From: Octopus bimaculoides
Lineage: Eukaryota
DNA: 64,000 nucleotides
Direction of reading: 5' to 3'
Assembly (NCBI RefSeq): GCF_001194135.2
Contig: NC_068995.1
Location: 24,491,514-24,555,513, forward strand
In this document: piece by piece, positions 12,050-24,411 of the stretch
How the letters are laid out: each line of letters starts with the position of its first letter
Position numbering within the stretch: position 1 is the stretch's first letter
Position numbers and translations under genes: made by a program
The notes under the pieces: model-generated
Databases searched by the model: none
What the model saw: the letters and a program-made list of their open reading frames with translations, nothing else
Told to the model about the DNA's origin: nothing

Positions 12050-12894
12050 GAAGCAGACAAACCGGGGAAACCGAACTATTTAGGAAGAAAAAAGAACTTT
12101 TAATTTCCGAAGCGTATAATGGTAGCGAAATTCTACTACATTGGTAGCAATTAACTTGCAATCGCCAAGCTTTTAACAATGATGCCTACACACCTAGTCG
12201 CAAAGAACAGTTTATGATGATGTGTTGCGCGAATGCGGACGTTAAATTCCTTTCAAAGTTATCGGTCGTGAGAGGTAACAACGTCAGCGTATTTTGAAAG
12301 AGTACATGTACCAGCGATCAGAGCATTACTACCATTCAAAAAAATTGAGGTTCAACTTGTATATTTTTCATTTAATGCCTGAAACGAAAGATATGCGTAA
12401 TGCCAGGAAAATCCTAATGTTTCTACTGATGAGATGAAGACGTCATTAGTTTTTAACAATGCAACTGCTCACCTAGGTGTTCCCCCTAGTTGATGGTAAA
12501 ATAGGATGCATGTTCTTGCCACCCAGTGTTATCTGCACGATCCAGCCAATGGTTCGAGATATAATTGAAGCCGACGAAGATGTTTCGAAGAAGGGTTCGT
12601 AGTCACAAAAGCGGAAACTCTTAGAGAAGATACACAAGGACTGAAAACACCCAATAACATCAAGAACTACAACCTCAAATCTGCTATATTCAATTCAGTA
12701 GCAGCATGGGAGTTATCGAAGACTACCATAGAAGCCAATAATTGGCAATACGTTTCTGTACATGGAAATAGAAAACGATTTTGGTCGTTTCAAGGCAAGT
12801 GATTTTCATCGTATAATTCAGGGAACATGCGAAACAGATGTCACAGAAGACAACGTCAGAAGAAACAGAAGACAATGTTTTTGTTGATAACAGC

Positions 12895-12925
<31 letters not shown>

Positions 12926-13000
12926 ACGCGTGAGACAGATGGTGATGATGTGTGTGATGAGAGTGATGACGAACCATTGACCAAGAAACGCAAACTCTTT
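12050..13000 (+). mobile_element. Tigger/pogo-family transposase fossil (DDE_1)
   Basis: Degenerate motifs ..LVFNNATAHL..., DGKIGCMFLPPSVI.TIQPM(DQ)..II.A.K (12440-12590), broken by stops and frameshifts. Confidence 0.65.
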
Positions 13001-13417
13001 GTTAAAAAAGAAACCATTGTTGGTACTTTGTGAAGTGATTTGTCTGAAGAAAATTCGTTATCTGCATTTAGTATCAGTGCTCTATGATCTCGAAATTATT
13101 AAGGATCGGCCCTCCCTCTGCATCAAACTCATCATTCATTTATCACGCTACAATTTACGGTATTAACTTTATAATTTTTACGTGCAGCACTATTAAATAA
13201 TTTTATAAAATACATATATATTTTTTAATGTTTTATATGATGTTTACATTTTCTGTTAATGTTTTTCATACCCATCGTTGAAAGTTAAATATCTTGCCTT
13301 TCTCTTACAAGATATTCCGACTTTTGCGAAACAGGATTGGTATAAACTGTGATTGATAATCAAGTAAAAGTGAAGGTTAAATTTTACTGAGTTATTTGAA
13401 AGGAAATACATTTCTCA

Positions 13418-13800
13418 AATTTAATCCCACTTAAACGTAGATGTTCTGTTTGAACAAACTTTACTGCAGTATCACCATGCAAGAAACTCTCATAAAGTCT
13501 TTTGGTGCAAAATGAAAGCTTGTTCAAATCGCAAGCGGAGGGGTAAATCCCCACGAGCTTCAGCGCCAAGATCACTAGATCACACCGATGAGACAAAGGA
13601 AGATCAAAATCACGTGATCTAGTGGTCTCGCCGCTGAATTAGTGGGGATTTATCTCCCGGCTAACGATATAAACAAGCGTGCACATTGCACCAAAAGCCT
13701 ATATGAGAGTTTCTCTAATGGTATCTATCGCGGTGAAGTTTGTTCTAGCTGAACATCCACGTTTAAGTGAGAATAAATATTACCTCTCGGTATTAATACT
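13418..13800. mobile_element. Foldback (palindromic) MITE with ~160-bp arms and a 30-nt spacer
   Basis: 13428-13583 is an imperfect reverse complement of 13614-13769. A partial second copy lies at 55570-55680. Confidence 0.75.
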
Positions 13801-14552
13801 GCCTGTACCGCTAATATATACTTCTCAAAATATGTATATTCACATTTAAATCAAGTGTAAAAAAGTTCTAAACCAGTTTTCTCTCAAACAAATTCCTTTG
13901 AAGTTTTGAATCTTTGAAAAATAGTATTAGATACTTTCATGCATATGTACATATGTATATAATGTTAGTATGTATGTATATGACGTATGCGTGTGTCCCT
14001 TCGAAATAAATAAATTTGAGACGACTTAAAAATTAAAATAAACTGACGCACATTTTCGCGCATTTCGTCATAGTTATCTCCCCTTCTCTAAATATTCAAA
14101 CCAACTTTAATCACTTTTGGTTCCTTTTTAGAGTATGTTTGAGAAGCTTTTTTAATATACTCTTATTTCCTGCCAGTTCTTATTGAATGGTAATGATCCT
14201 TTGTATTTTGAATCGTTTGTGTTGTGTCTTTATAAGAATTAAAAAAAAAATTTAATTCAAAGAAATCTATCCTTTCACATGTTAACTAAATATTTTATTA
14301 CTATTATTTAGTTGAGCCTTAATTATAAGAATATTAGAAATTTGCTTTCAATTCAATGCGATTGTATCCTGAACTCCTTTAAGCAAGTGTTCAAATCAAC
14401 CAGGATATATATATAAATTATTGGTGGACTATATATATACNNNNNNNNNNNNNNNNNNNNNNNNNNNNNNNNNNNNNNNNNNNNNNNNNNTATATATATA
14501 TCGTTTGTAAAAAACAGATCCGAAAGAAGCACACTCTAAGATGTAGAGCAGT

Positions 14553-14671
14553 ATATATTAAAAATGGGAAGGCCGGTTTATGGGATTACCTTAGGTTTCC
14601 CGTCCATAAAGGGTTTATGGACGGGAAACCTAAGGTAATCCCATTAACCGGCCTTCCCCACTTTTAATATA
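14553..14671. repeat. Near-perfect palindrome: 58-bp arms, 2 mismatches, 3-nt loop
   Basis: ATATATTAAAAATGGGAAGGCCGGTTTATGGGATTACCTTAGGTTTCCCGTCCATAAA-GGG-reverse complement. Confidence 0.95.
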
Positions 14672-16822
14672 TGTGTGTGTGTGTTGTCTGCAGGTGTGTT
14701 AGATTCTCTCAAGTCAGCCTTAATAGATGAAACTTGTCTTGAAATAAATGCGCCAGAATCAAAATTATTGTAGCCATGACTATCCTGTCATATATATCCA
14801 GTTTAAAATGTCTTTCCTTTTGAAGGACGGTAAGGTGGGAATTGAGAAATATGACAGCAGTCAAGTAGCAACTCCCTCGTTGGTTCGTTATGTATTATTA
14901 TTGTTATTTCTATTGTTTTTATATATCGTGTTTTTATAAAGTATTGTGTAGCCCCTGTTTACTTTGCTCGAGCAGAACGAAGTCTTGGACGTAGAGTCAA
15001 TCTTTCAAACCAAGTAGTTCAAAAAAATTAGCTGTAATTATTTTCAACGATAGTTTTACGGCCGTCATCTTGAAAGAATCTACGAACTGAAACCATTAAA
15101 AGAATACACATGTAGGATTTCATATATCGTCGCCTGTACAACAATAGTTTATTGGATTTACTTCTATACGGATCAAATGCTATTCATTTTAATTCGGTGA
15201 TGCTTCAAATTACAACCATAAACTCAAAAGAAACACGAATATCATAAAATTTTCTAACGATAACAACAATTTGTCTCATACAATTATGTCTCAAATTTGT
15301 GTATGTGATAATGTGTTGCAAGTATAAAATATCCAACTGTATAAAATTTCTAGATAACAAAGTTAACAAATTTGTACACGCGACGAATGAAGAAATTCTG
15401 TTTGCAACTCCCATAAGAATAATATTGGATTAAACAATATTATCTTTGTTTAGTATTTATTTGATGCTATTATATATTTTATTTTTAAAAACACATTATT
15501 AAATGTACGTATTCCTTAGAACATTTATTGACGTGTTTGCATAGTGTTTGTTTTCTTTCTGACTGTAATGTGAAAGCTCACCTGTTGTTTTGTACTTAAA
15601 AAATATTAAATATGGATCTGTCAGATAATTTAGTTGAATGAAGTATTGCTGATTTTCCCTTAAAAAAAAAAAATATATATATATTTAAATAACGTTTGTT
15701 TTCTTTCATTGGCTCAAATCTAAATTGTGTATTATTTTTATTCGCGTTAGTTTTGAGTTTACACATAGGGCTATGTATGTCCAAGATAAAACTAATATTC
15801 ATTTTTTTTTCTAAATTTTTATCTTTTAATATATGTTTATAATCTATTGCTCTTTTTCTCACTCAGATAAAGGTGAGAGTTTCCTAGTGTTTATGCTATC
15901 TTTTCAAAAGTGAAGAAGTAAAATTTTCATTAATTAAAAACTAAGCTTCATGTTTCAATAACTTTCCTCTTTTACTGTTGTTAGATATTTAAGAGTCATC
16001 TCCCTTGTATCATATTTTTTTTCACTCCGATCAGTTAAATTTGGTTCCGTCTATAAATTGTGTAAACTAACATGTAAAAATGCCCAAAGTTCAAGTTTAG
16101 AAAATACATTTAAATAATTTGAGAATAAGAACATTACCCACAAACTTAGAATCCTCTTTTGTCCTATATCTAATTCCCCGGCTTGATATAGCCAACATCG
16201 ATAAGCAAAAATACCAATGTATGATTAACAATTATCTTAATTTGCATTATCAAAACCTGAAATCCCCCGTTAAGCATAGAGAAAGGTAGCAAAAAAAGAA
16301 CTTTTTTGGAGTATCTACACTTGACTGACAACAAAAAGCTTCAGGCTAAAGGGCTTAGTTCAATTATTGTATAGTATTTGAATGGTCTTATGGATAACAG
16401 CTCAATTGTTACATAGCACCTGAATTACTTAAGCACTTGAAAGAGACTTAAAGGGCCTCGTGAATAACAGCTCAATTATTATGTAATAGTGGCTGGACCT
16501 CGTGGGTGAATTTTTTATTTAGTTGATCTTTAGTAACAACTCAGTTGTTAAATAGTACTTTCTCTATTAGTATATAGCACATGAAAGATCTCGAGGGTGA
16601 CAGCTCTATTATTAGGTAGTACTTGAAAAGCAACAATCGCATAAAACCTAATTAGATATATTTCCATTTTGCCTTATTAACAAATTTTTGTAATGAAATT
16701 ATTTGTAATTTATTGCAGTCATACTGTAATACTTAATGAATAATTTTGTAGATTAATTTACCAATTTATTACAGGTTTATTCTTAATTCTCACTGGCAGC
16801 TATTTTGCCTATTAATTCACTA

Positions 16823-16937
16823 ATGGCTGAAAAACAAGAAAATATGAATAAAACAGTAGGACAAGGTGCAAAGATATTTTCTGGCTTGAGTGCATGGTTC
16901 TCATCAAGTGTACGACCTAAGACAACAGGATTGTGGG
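16823..16937 (+). CDS. TERB2: TERB2 coding exon 1 (exon starts at acceptor ~16775, so an upstream UTR exon is implied)
   Basis: MAEKQENMNKTVGQGAKIFSGLSAWFSSSVRPKTTGLW-G|GTAAGT. Aligns with recalled human TERB2 MFQGQRGWFCGSVSQDLRQFWV. Confidence 0.88.
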
Positions 16938-17281
16938 GTAAGTAGTATACTAATAAAGATGTATTTTATGGTATATAATTATTTATTGGTTGTGTATTGA
17001 GGTTGTTTGATCTCTGTTTATTACAAGCAGTTATTTTATCATCTATGGGAGAATAAACATTTGCATTGAGTGTGATTTGAACTTTGAACATAGAAAGCTG
17101 AGCCATTAACTTTGCTGGAATATTGTATCAATATATTGTTATTCTTTTTATGCATTTTTTTTTTTCAACAAACGTCATGTAGGAGACAGTGCTCATGATT
17201 TTTGCAGGCCTTGCAAGATCAGTGAGCTTGATGCTGTTGTAGCAGAAGCTTCTCTCTCAGTTATATATTCTTAAATGCGAA

Positions 17282-18244
17282 TGTAGTGGGGAACATCTAG
17301 CCTCCGGCCCGCCTTGGACCCTGCTATGTCCATCACCCTGATTGGCTCTTATTTGCGCGGCATTTATCTCCAGTTCTGTTTCATGCCAGGGTGCATACTA
17401 ACCAATCGTGGCCTTCTAACAAGGTCACGTGAGAGAGTGTTTTTCTGCTGTTTCTGGAGCCCCTTCCTACCTATAAATAAGCCTGCTTTATCCACGCCAG
17501 TTGGTCGCGATTTCAGATCTCTCACAGGTCTGGTTGTTGACCACCACACAACACCAACCAGACAGTTTCTAGCGACGACGTCAACACCACCGTTCTACTG
17601 TCTACTACAGTCTTGTCACCAGCGCCAGCATTACACCCCTGGTTACACACTACCAACAGCAACCGCAGTTCCATCTCAACACTGATTGTTTCCACCACGA
17701 AATAACAGCCAAAACAACCTGCGAGAATCTCCTGTATTCAAGTTACCAGCTCAGCATAGAAGCCTCATCTTCACCACACATGACTTAGCTCTGCCTAGAA
17801 GCCACAACCTCTTATGTACAGACATTCTATCTACTGTGTTACAGACTATGAACTGGTGTTTTCTTGTCTTTGTGTTCCGACGCTTATCGTCTATGTTACA
17901 CTCTTATTCCATGCTCTGTATTTCTCATTCACACACATACACATATTTATGTATACATACTCTTGTACACGATGGCATGCACGCACACACAGACACACAG
18001 TTTACTACACTAATAAACTTACTCTTTACATGTATATATCTAACGGTTGTGTCTCCCTCTTTCCTTGCTGGCATTTCCTCGCATTTCACATGTGAGCCCT
18101 CGCATGTTATATTTTATGTTTTGTGTCGACCATGCAACGTGTTAAAAGGAGCCTGTTCCATTCGTTGCCATTCTCCTTTGGTTTGCACGGTTGTTCTCTA
18201 CACTGTTAATGTTGCATTTAAACTGTTGCAGATCAATGCCTACA
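17282..18244 (+). mobile_element. Solo LTR (963 bp) in TERB2 intron
   Basis: TGTAG...CTACA termini, probable 4-bp TSD CGAA/GGAA, CCAAT (17341, 17402), CACGTG (17426), TATAAATA (17472) and AATAAA (18012). Confidence 0.8.
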
Positions 18245-18487
18245 GGAAATATATGATCAAAGAGATTTGAGAGGATCATTGTTCTAGGGAGGAATAGATG
18301 AGCTTAGTGGTTGGTGTAGAGCCAAGAAGGTTTTAATCACAACATGGGCAATAAGGTGGTGCGACTAAATTTTCCTTCACTAATCACTTCCTATTCTTCA
18401 CATTCACCGCTCACTTTGCATCCAACTCCACACCACATTCATGCTTTTGTTAAAATATTTTCAGTATTTCTGTTAATTCCTTTCTAG

Positions 18488-18569
18488 TTGCTCTTGGAGG
18501 TATTACACATCCAGTTGAAATTGCAGACTATTTGTTCAGTTCTGATGTCACATCACCTGATACTGCCAA
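18488..18569 (+). CDS. TERB2: TERB2 coding exon 2
   Basis: tttctag|(V)ALGGITHPVEIADYLFSSDVTSPDTA-AA|GTAAGT, phase 1 to 2. Matches recalled human VAEGGTISDPRAADFLFSCDASHPDTL. Confidence 0.92.
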
Positions 18570-18997
18570 GTAAGTTGAGGTATTTAAAGCATTTATATTA
18601 AGTAACCTGCTATGAAAACTGTCATGTTCCAAACAATGGTTTCATTTTGCTTTCTCTAGATTTCCCTGTATCCTAAGGTTTTTACGAGTGGGAAAATTAA
18701 AATGATAAAATAACAACAGATAATGCAAAAAGTGGTTTCAGTCATATAGACAGAAATTTAGAAAGGTAGTGAAAGAAAGAGATCATATCAGGAGAGGGTA
18801 AAAACCATTACATCAACAAAAGTTTTAATATATACATGAAACAGAACTTGTGCTAGTAACATGTAAAAGGCATCCAGTACTCTCTGAAGTGGGTGATGTT
18901 GGGAAGGGCATCCAGCCATAGCAATGAAGTCAAAAGAGAGGCAGTGGCTGAGTGACATCTCTATGTTTACTTTGCAAGTTGTGAAATTTGTGCATAA

Positions 18998-19248
18998 GTA
19001 TATATGTATATATATATATCTATGTGTATGTATATATATATATATATGTGTGTGTATATGTGTGTATGTATATATATATATGTGTGTGTGTATATATATA
19101 TACGTGTGTGTATATATATATATGTATATATATATGTATATATATGTATATATATATGTATATATATGTCTATATGTATGTATATATATGTATATACATA
19201 TATATACATATATATATGTATATATATGTGTGTGTATATATATATATG

Positions 19249-19294
<46 letters not shown>

Positions 19295-19313
19295 GTGTAT
19301 ATATATATATATG

Positions 19314-19362
<49 letters not shown>

Positions 19363-19373
19363 GTGTGTGTATA

Positions 19374-19408
<35 letters not shown>
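18998..19408. repeat. Compound (TA)n/(TG)n microsatellite, ~410 bp
   Basis: Direct observation. Source of the YIYIY and CVCVY ORFs. Confidence 0.98.
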
Positions 19409-19412
<4 letters not shown>

Positions 19413-19419
19413 TTATGCA

Positions 19420-22400
19420 TTTCAGCCAAGTGGCTGCGGTCATGCTGGAGCACCACTATGACTTTCTCTCCTTATGCTGTGCTCTCTGCATGTTTCTTGC
19501 ATGGTTCTTCTCCGTCAACTAATGTAGTCCAATCAAGACTTTCGATGGCACATCTAATGTATAAGAGAATTTAACATCACTGCCCTCAACTGTGCCTCAT
19601 TTCGAGCCATCAGTTCGTCTGGCATCGTGGATAGGAAAGTGTTGAGTTTTGTCTTGAAGACCTCTATATCCATGTCTTGCAGGTCTCTCAAATGTTTTGG
19701 CAGGGCATTAAAGAGCTGAGGTCCTCTGAAATCAAGGCTGTTGCAATACCTTGTTCTTATGTGAGATGCAGTGGATGGTACCCTTGGTACTATGCAGTGG
19801 CGACCTGTGCGGGCATTCTTGTAGTACTTGATGCCAAAGTTTGGCATCAGTCCTTCCAGTATTTTCCATATGTATATTATTACATATCTCTCCCGCCTGC
19901 GCTACAGGGAGTAGAGACCTAGTGCCTTCAGTCGCTCCCTGTAGTTCATCTGTTGGACTGATGAACGATCTTTTTTGTATAGTGATGCTGAATTGCCTCG
20001 AGTTCTGCTGTCTGCTTGACACTGTGTGGTGACCACAACTGAGAGCAATGGTCTAGGCAGCTCAGAACAAATGTCTTCCATAGAGTCAACATGACTTTCA
20101 GTGTAGCTAGTAACAATGGCTGTCTGAGTGACTGTGGGCATGTCCAGAAGGGCTACTATGAACAGTAGTGGCCCCAGGACAGTTCCTTGTGGAACACCAC
20201 TCAATATTTGCGTTTCCTTAGATAATTCTCCATTGGCTGCAACTGTCTGACTTCTACCATTCAGGAAGTCATGCAGCCACTCTCCTAATTTACCAGCGAT
20301 GCCAAGGTTTCGCAGCTTGTGACATATCAAGCCATGATCAACTTTGTCAAAGGCTTTTGCAAAGTCGAGATATATCACATCAACATTTGANNNNNNNNNN
20401 NNNNNNNNNNNNNNNNNNNNNNNNNNNNNNNNNNNNNNNNNNNNNNNNNNNNNNNNNNNNNNNNNNNNNNNNNNNNNNNNNNNNNNNNNNNNNNNNNNNN
20501 NNNNNNNNNNNNNNNNNNNNNNNNNNNNNNNNNNNNNNNNNNNNNNNNNNNNNNNNNNNNNNNNNNNNNNNNNNNNNNNNNNNNNNNNNNNNNNNNNNNN
20601 NNNNNNNNNNNNNNNNNNNNNNNNNNNNNNNNNNNNNNNNNNNNNNNNNNNNNNNNNNNNNNNNNNNNNNNNNNNNNNNNNNNNNNNNNNNNNNNNNNNN
20701 NNNNNNNNNNNNNNNNNNNNNNNNNNNNNNNNNNNNNNNNNNNNNNNNNNNNNNNNNNNNNNNNNNNNNNNNNNNNNNNNNNNTCTGCTGAGTGATATTG
20801 TCAAAGAAATCAGCTGGGTTCCTTATCTGCATGTGACTCAGAGGAGAAGTGAAAACACTCTTGAATTGCACACTGAGCACTTCACTTATCCATGTGGGGT
20901 CCGCAGTCAGTGAGCCATTAGGCAGGAATAGGGGTCCTATTTTGTACTGTGCTGTGGCAGTCTCCTTTGCAAATCTATAGAAAGCCTTGGGGTTTGTTTT
21001 TATGCTTTCTACTGCTCTCTTCTCCTTCTTTGCTCTCTTCTTTTCATGGGAGAGTTTGATTTTGTTTTCTATTTCTAACAGTGTTAGTTTTAATTTAGCC
21101 CTTTTCCTAACCTCCAGTTCTCTATTCAACTGGTTTGAGACCTTTGTTCTGTGTCTCAATTTTCCTGTCTGTGGGAATTCTATTGGTATGTTTGCTGGCT
21201 TTTCTTTCTGGCACATATTTGGTGCATATATCTTGTATGGTTGACATAAAATGACTTAGTTTGAGGTCATTGTCTTGTATAGAAAGGATGTCATGCCAGT
21301 TTTGATTTTGAATCTCTTTGCTAATTGACTTCCAGTCCGCCCTGTGGAAATTCAGGTTGGATATGGCTTGAGTCCTCCTGAAGGGGTGGGTGTCAGTGGG
21401 TTGTCTAGGACCATACATTGTTAATTCAATAATGTTATGATCTGAAAGAGATGTAGGTGTTACNNNNNNNNNNNNNNNNNNNNNNNNNNNNNNNNNNNNN
21501 NNNNNNNNNNNNNNNNNNNNNNNNNNNNNNNNNNNNNNNNNNNNNNNNNNNNNNNNNNNNNNNNNNNNNNNNNNNNNNNNNNNNNNNNNNNNNNNNNNNN
21601 NNNNNNNNNNNNNNNNNNNGAACAGCATGTTGGAGAGTTCTAATAAAGATGATTTTGCCTGACTTTGTTCATGCAGTGACATCCCAGAGAGGATGTGACC
21701 TTCAGGACATTTAACATTTGGGAGGTTAAAATTGCCTCGGAAAAGAATATTGATGTGTTGGTGCAGATTTGTCAAGACCTCTTCTATGCGTCTGAGGCTA
21801 TCCTCAAATTTACCCTCTTGCTTTGTGGTATTTGGTGGACGGTATGTTGAGCATACAACTACATCAATTTGTTTTATGTGTACTATTAAAGTGTCATAGA
21901 TAGAGTTTGAGTGTGATAGGAGTAGTAGGGGTGTGACATCTTCTCGGATGTACATTGCAACTCCCCCATGACTTCTATCTTTTCTGTCTGTTTGGATTAT
22001 GGCATACTCTGGTGTTTTTATCTCCGCATCTGCTATATTAGATGTTAGATGCATTTCGGTAAGCACCATGCTTATTGCTTGATTGCATGCAGCTAGGTCT
22101 TTCAGGTATGATAACTTGTCTCTGCTGCCTGTTCGTAATAGGCCCTAGAAATTCAGTAGGAATATGGGTGTGATATCTGTGCAGGGGTCCCTAGTGTTAG
22201 TGGTGGCCATCCCTAATCCATCATCTGTGGTGGTCTTGGACAATGGTTTGTGTGGTGTTGACTCTGTACCCTCTGTATCCATGTTAGTTGATGTACCATT
22301 TTCTGGGCCACGCTTAAAAAAGTTTGCTGGTCAGCTACTGCAGTTCGTACAGCCTCTGCATACAGCCTTTTGTTGGGAGCAGAACGAATATACGGACTTC

Positions 22401-23082
22401 TCTCTTTGTGAGTCCTGTTGGTATTTGGTGGATTATGGGTATGCAGGTTTAAGCTTTCTGATCTCCCTTTTCTGCGCTCCCACTTATTTTGTTGTGGGTG
22501 GTCATCTAGCTTGTTTAGCTGGTGGTGTTTGGGATGGGCAAATTTGCAGTTTGCTCCCTTTTCTCCATGCCAACAGGTACCATTTAGGTAGAATTTACAG
22601 ATAATCTGTTTTTTTGTGTAACATACTTGGGTTTGAAGCTTGTTAGTGTTCACCATTTCTCTGTCTTTGGCTACTTTGTTTGTTCTCCTGTCTCTGTCTT
22701 TTAGTGTGGTACTGTCCCCCCTGTCTTTTGGTGTGGTACTGTCCCCCCTGTCTTTTAGTGTGGTACTGTCCCCCCTGTCTTTTGGTGTGGTACTGTCCCC
22801 CCTGTCTTTTAGTGTGGTACTGTGTTAGTTGTATTCACTATGGTCATTGCAGCTTTCAGTAGCGGCCATAGCACTGGGAGCATTTGCCTTATTTTGGTCA
22901 CCCGTTTGGCCTTCCTGAGTTTGAGCACAGAGTGCAGAGCCTTCATTGTCGTCCTTTTTACAGCCTGTGTCCCTCATAATGCCTTCTAGGAGGTCAAGAT
23001 GCAGTTTTATAATCGCCAGCAAATGATCTAATAGCTGAAACCTTGGAGAGATATAATTTCTACAAATCTTTGGTCGAAACAT
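19420..23082 (-). mobile_element. CR1-like LINE, near full length (ORF1 with CCCH finger, APE endonuclease, RT), disrupted and gapped; antisense in TERB2 intron 2
   Basis: ORF1 ICKFYLNGTCWHGEKGANCKFAHPK; EN TE..L...DRKDRSHGGVAMYI...YRPP, SDHN; RT VDVIYLDFAKAFDKVDHG...SGVPQGTVLGPLLF; C-terminal GPQLFNALPKHLR. Confidence 0.92.
22695..22822. repeat. 27-bp tandem repeat, ~4.7 copies, within LINE ORF1
   Basis: Unit GTGTGGTACTGTCCCCCCTGTCTTTTR. Confidence 0.95.
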
Positions 23083-23304
23083 ATCTAAGTTTTATATATG
23101 TGTGTGTGTGTATATATTTGTATATATATATATATATATGCGTATACGTATATATATATATATATATATATATATNNNNNNNNNNNNNNNNNNNNNNNNN
23201 NNNNNNNNNNNNNNNNNNNNNNNNNNNNNNNNNNNNNNNNNNNNNNNNNNNNNNNNNNNNNNNNNNNNNNNNNNNNNNNNNGATGATGATGATGATGATG
23301 ATGA

Positions 23305-23405
23305 TATATATCCAAAAAGTTAGAAAGTTAGGGGTTGTGAATCCAACCCACTAAGGGATAATATCTATCCAATATAATGTCCTTTTTAATTACCATTTTC
23401 TTATT
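23305..23405 (-). mobile_element. Short 3' fragment of the (TA)n-embedded Penelope-like element family
   Basis: Shares ggtaat..agga....ttggat...tattatcccttag....c.cctaact with 31075-31150 and 24350-24410. Flanked by (TA)n. Confidence 0.45.
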
Positions 23406-23649
23406 GCTACATATGTATATATATATATATATATATATTGATGATTTAAAGTATATTTCTTGGCATATTTGGCATAGGAATTTTTTCTTTTGCCCTTATT
23501 TATAAGCTGTTTAAAAGGTATTTTTTTATATGCTGGCCACTGATAAAATGTTTTGAAAATTTTATCCTATATTAGATGTATATATATATATGTGTGTGTG
23601 TGTGTGTAATATTTGTGTAGTTTTTGTGTTTTACTTGCTTTAGTTATTC

Positions 23650-23810
23650 AACTGCAGCTAGGCTGGAGCATCACTTTGGCTTCTTTTGCTGAACTGCTAA
23701 GTTACGCGGATATAAATACACCAACACTAGTTGCTAAGCAGTAGTAGTGGACAAACAAGGGCACACACACACACACGCACACACACACACACACACATGC
23801 ACACACAGAT

Positions 23811-23843
<33 letters not shown>

Positions 23844-23997
23844 CAGCAGGCTTCTTTCAGTTTCCATGTGCCAAATTCACTCACAAGGCTGTTGTCAGCC
23901 CGAGGCTTATAGTAGAAGACACTTGCCCAAGGTGTCATGCAGTGGGACTGAACCTAGAACCATGTGGTTGGGAAGCAAGCTTCTTACCATATAGCTG
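23650..23997 (-). mobile_element. SINE family A with internal (CA)n/(TG)n
   Basis: Reverse complement of the family A head and body. Confidence 0.8.
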
Positions 23998-24051
23998 CAC
24001 CAATGCCAGTTCATGTTTCTTTGCTGGCATGGGTTGGACAAATATTTATGG

Positions 24052-24080
<29 letters not shown>

Positions 24081-24087
<7 letters not shown>

Positions 24088-24411
24088 AAAAGTAAATGGA
24101 GGAAAAATAACAGGAAGAAGTTAGTTGTTTGCGCTAGTAAGCCATTAATTTGATTAATTAATAAAGAACAGTGGTATTACTACCACTGTTTATTTATTAA
24201 TTAAATTAATGGCTTACTAGCGCAAATGACTAACTTCTTCCTTTAATTTTTCCTCCATTTAGTTCTTGCATATAATTTAAACTATGGTTTACCCATTGAA
24301 TTACCTGCTGCCATATACCTTTACCAAGGACCGTACCTACGCAGCTAATAACCAGGAGCGCCTTTAGATTTAACCATCCCTTAGAGGTTTTGAACACCTC
24401 TAACTTATACC

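Noticed and set aside
17183-17221. Frame-preserving 39-nt candidate exon (GDSAHDFCRPCKI) in TERB2 intron 1, with AG and GTGAGC sites
   Set aside because: Direct joining of exons 1 and 2 gives LWVALGG, colinear with recalled human FWVAEGG; an insertion here would break the domain. It could at most be a minor alternative exon.
18924-19574. Long ORFs of YI/CV/HT repeats (also 3177-3521, 10212-10648, 23043-23354, 53146-53496, 57025-57648)
   Set aside because: These are translations of (TA)n, (TG)n and (CT)n microsatellites, which lack stop codons; not genes.
20344-20913. Long ORFs made mostly of X (also 5094-5590, 7623-7903, 26512-26917, 27761-28363, 33366-33870, 58166-58487)
   Set aside because: Read-through of assembly N-gaps.
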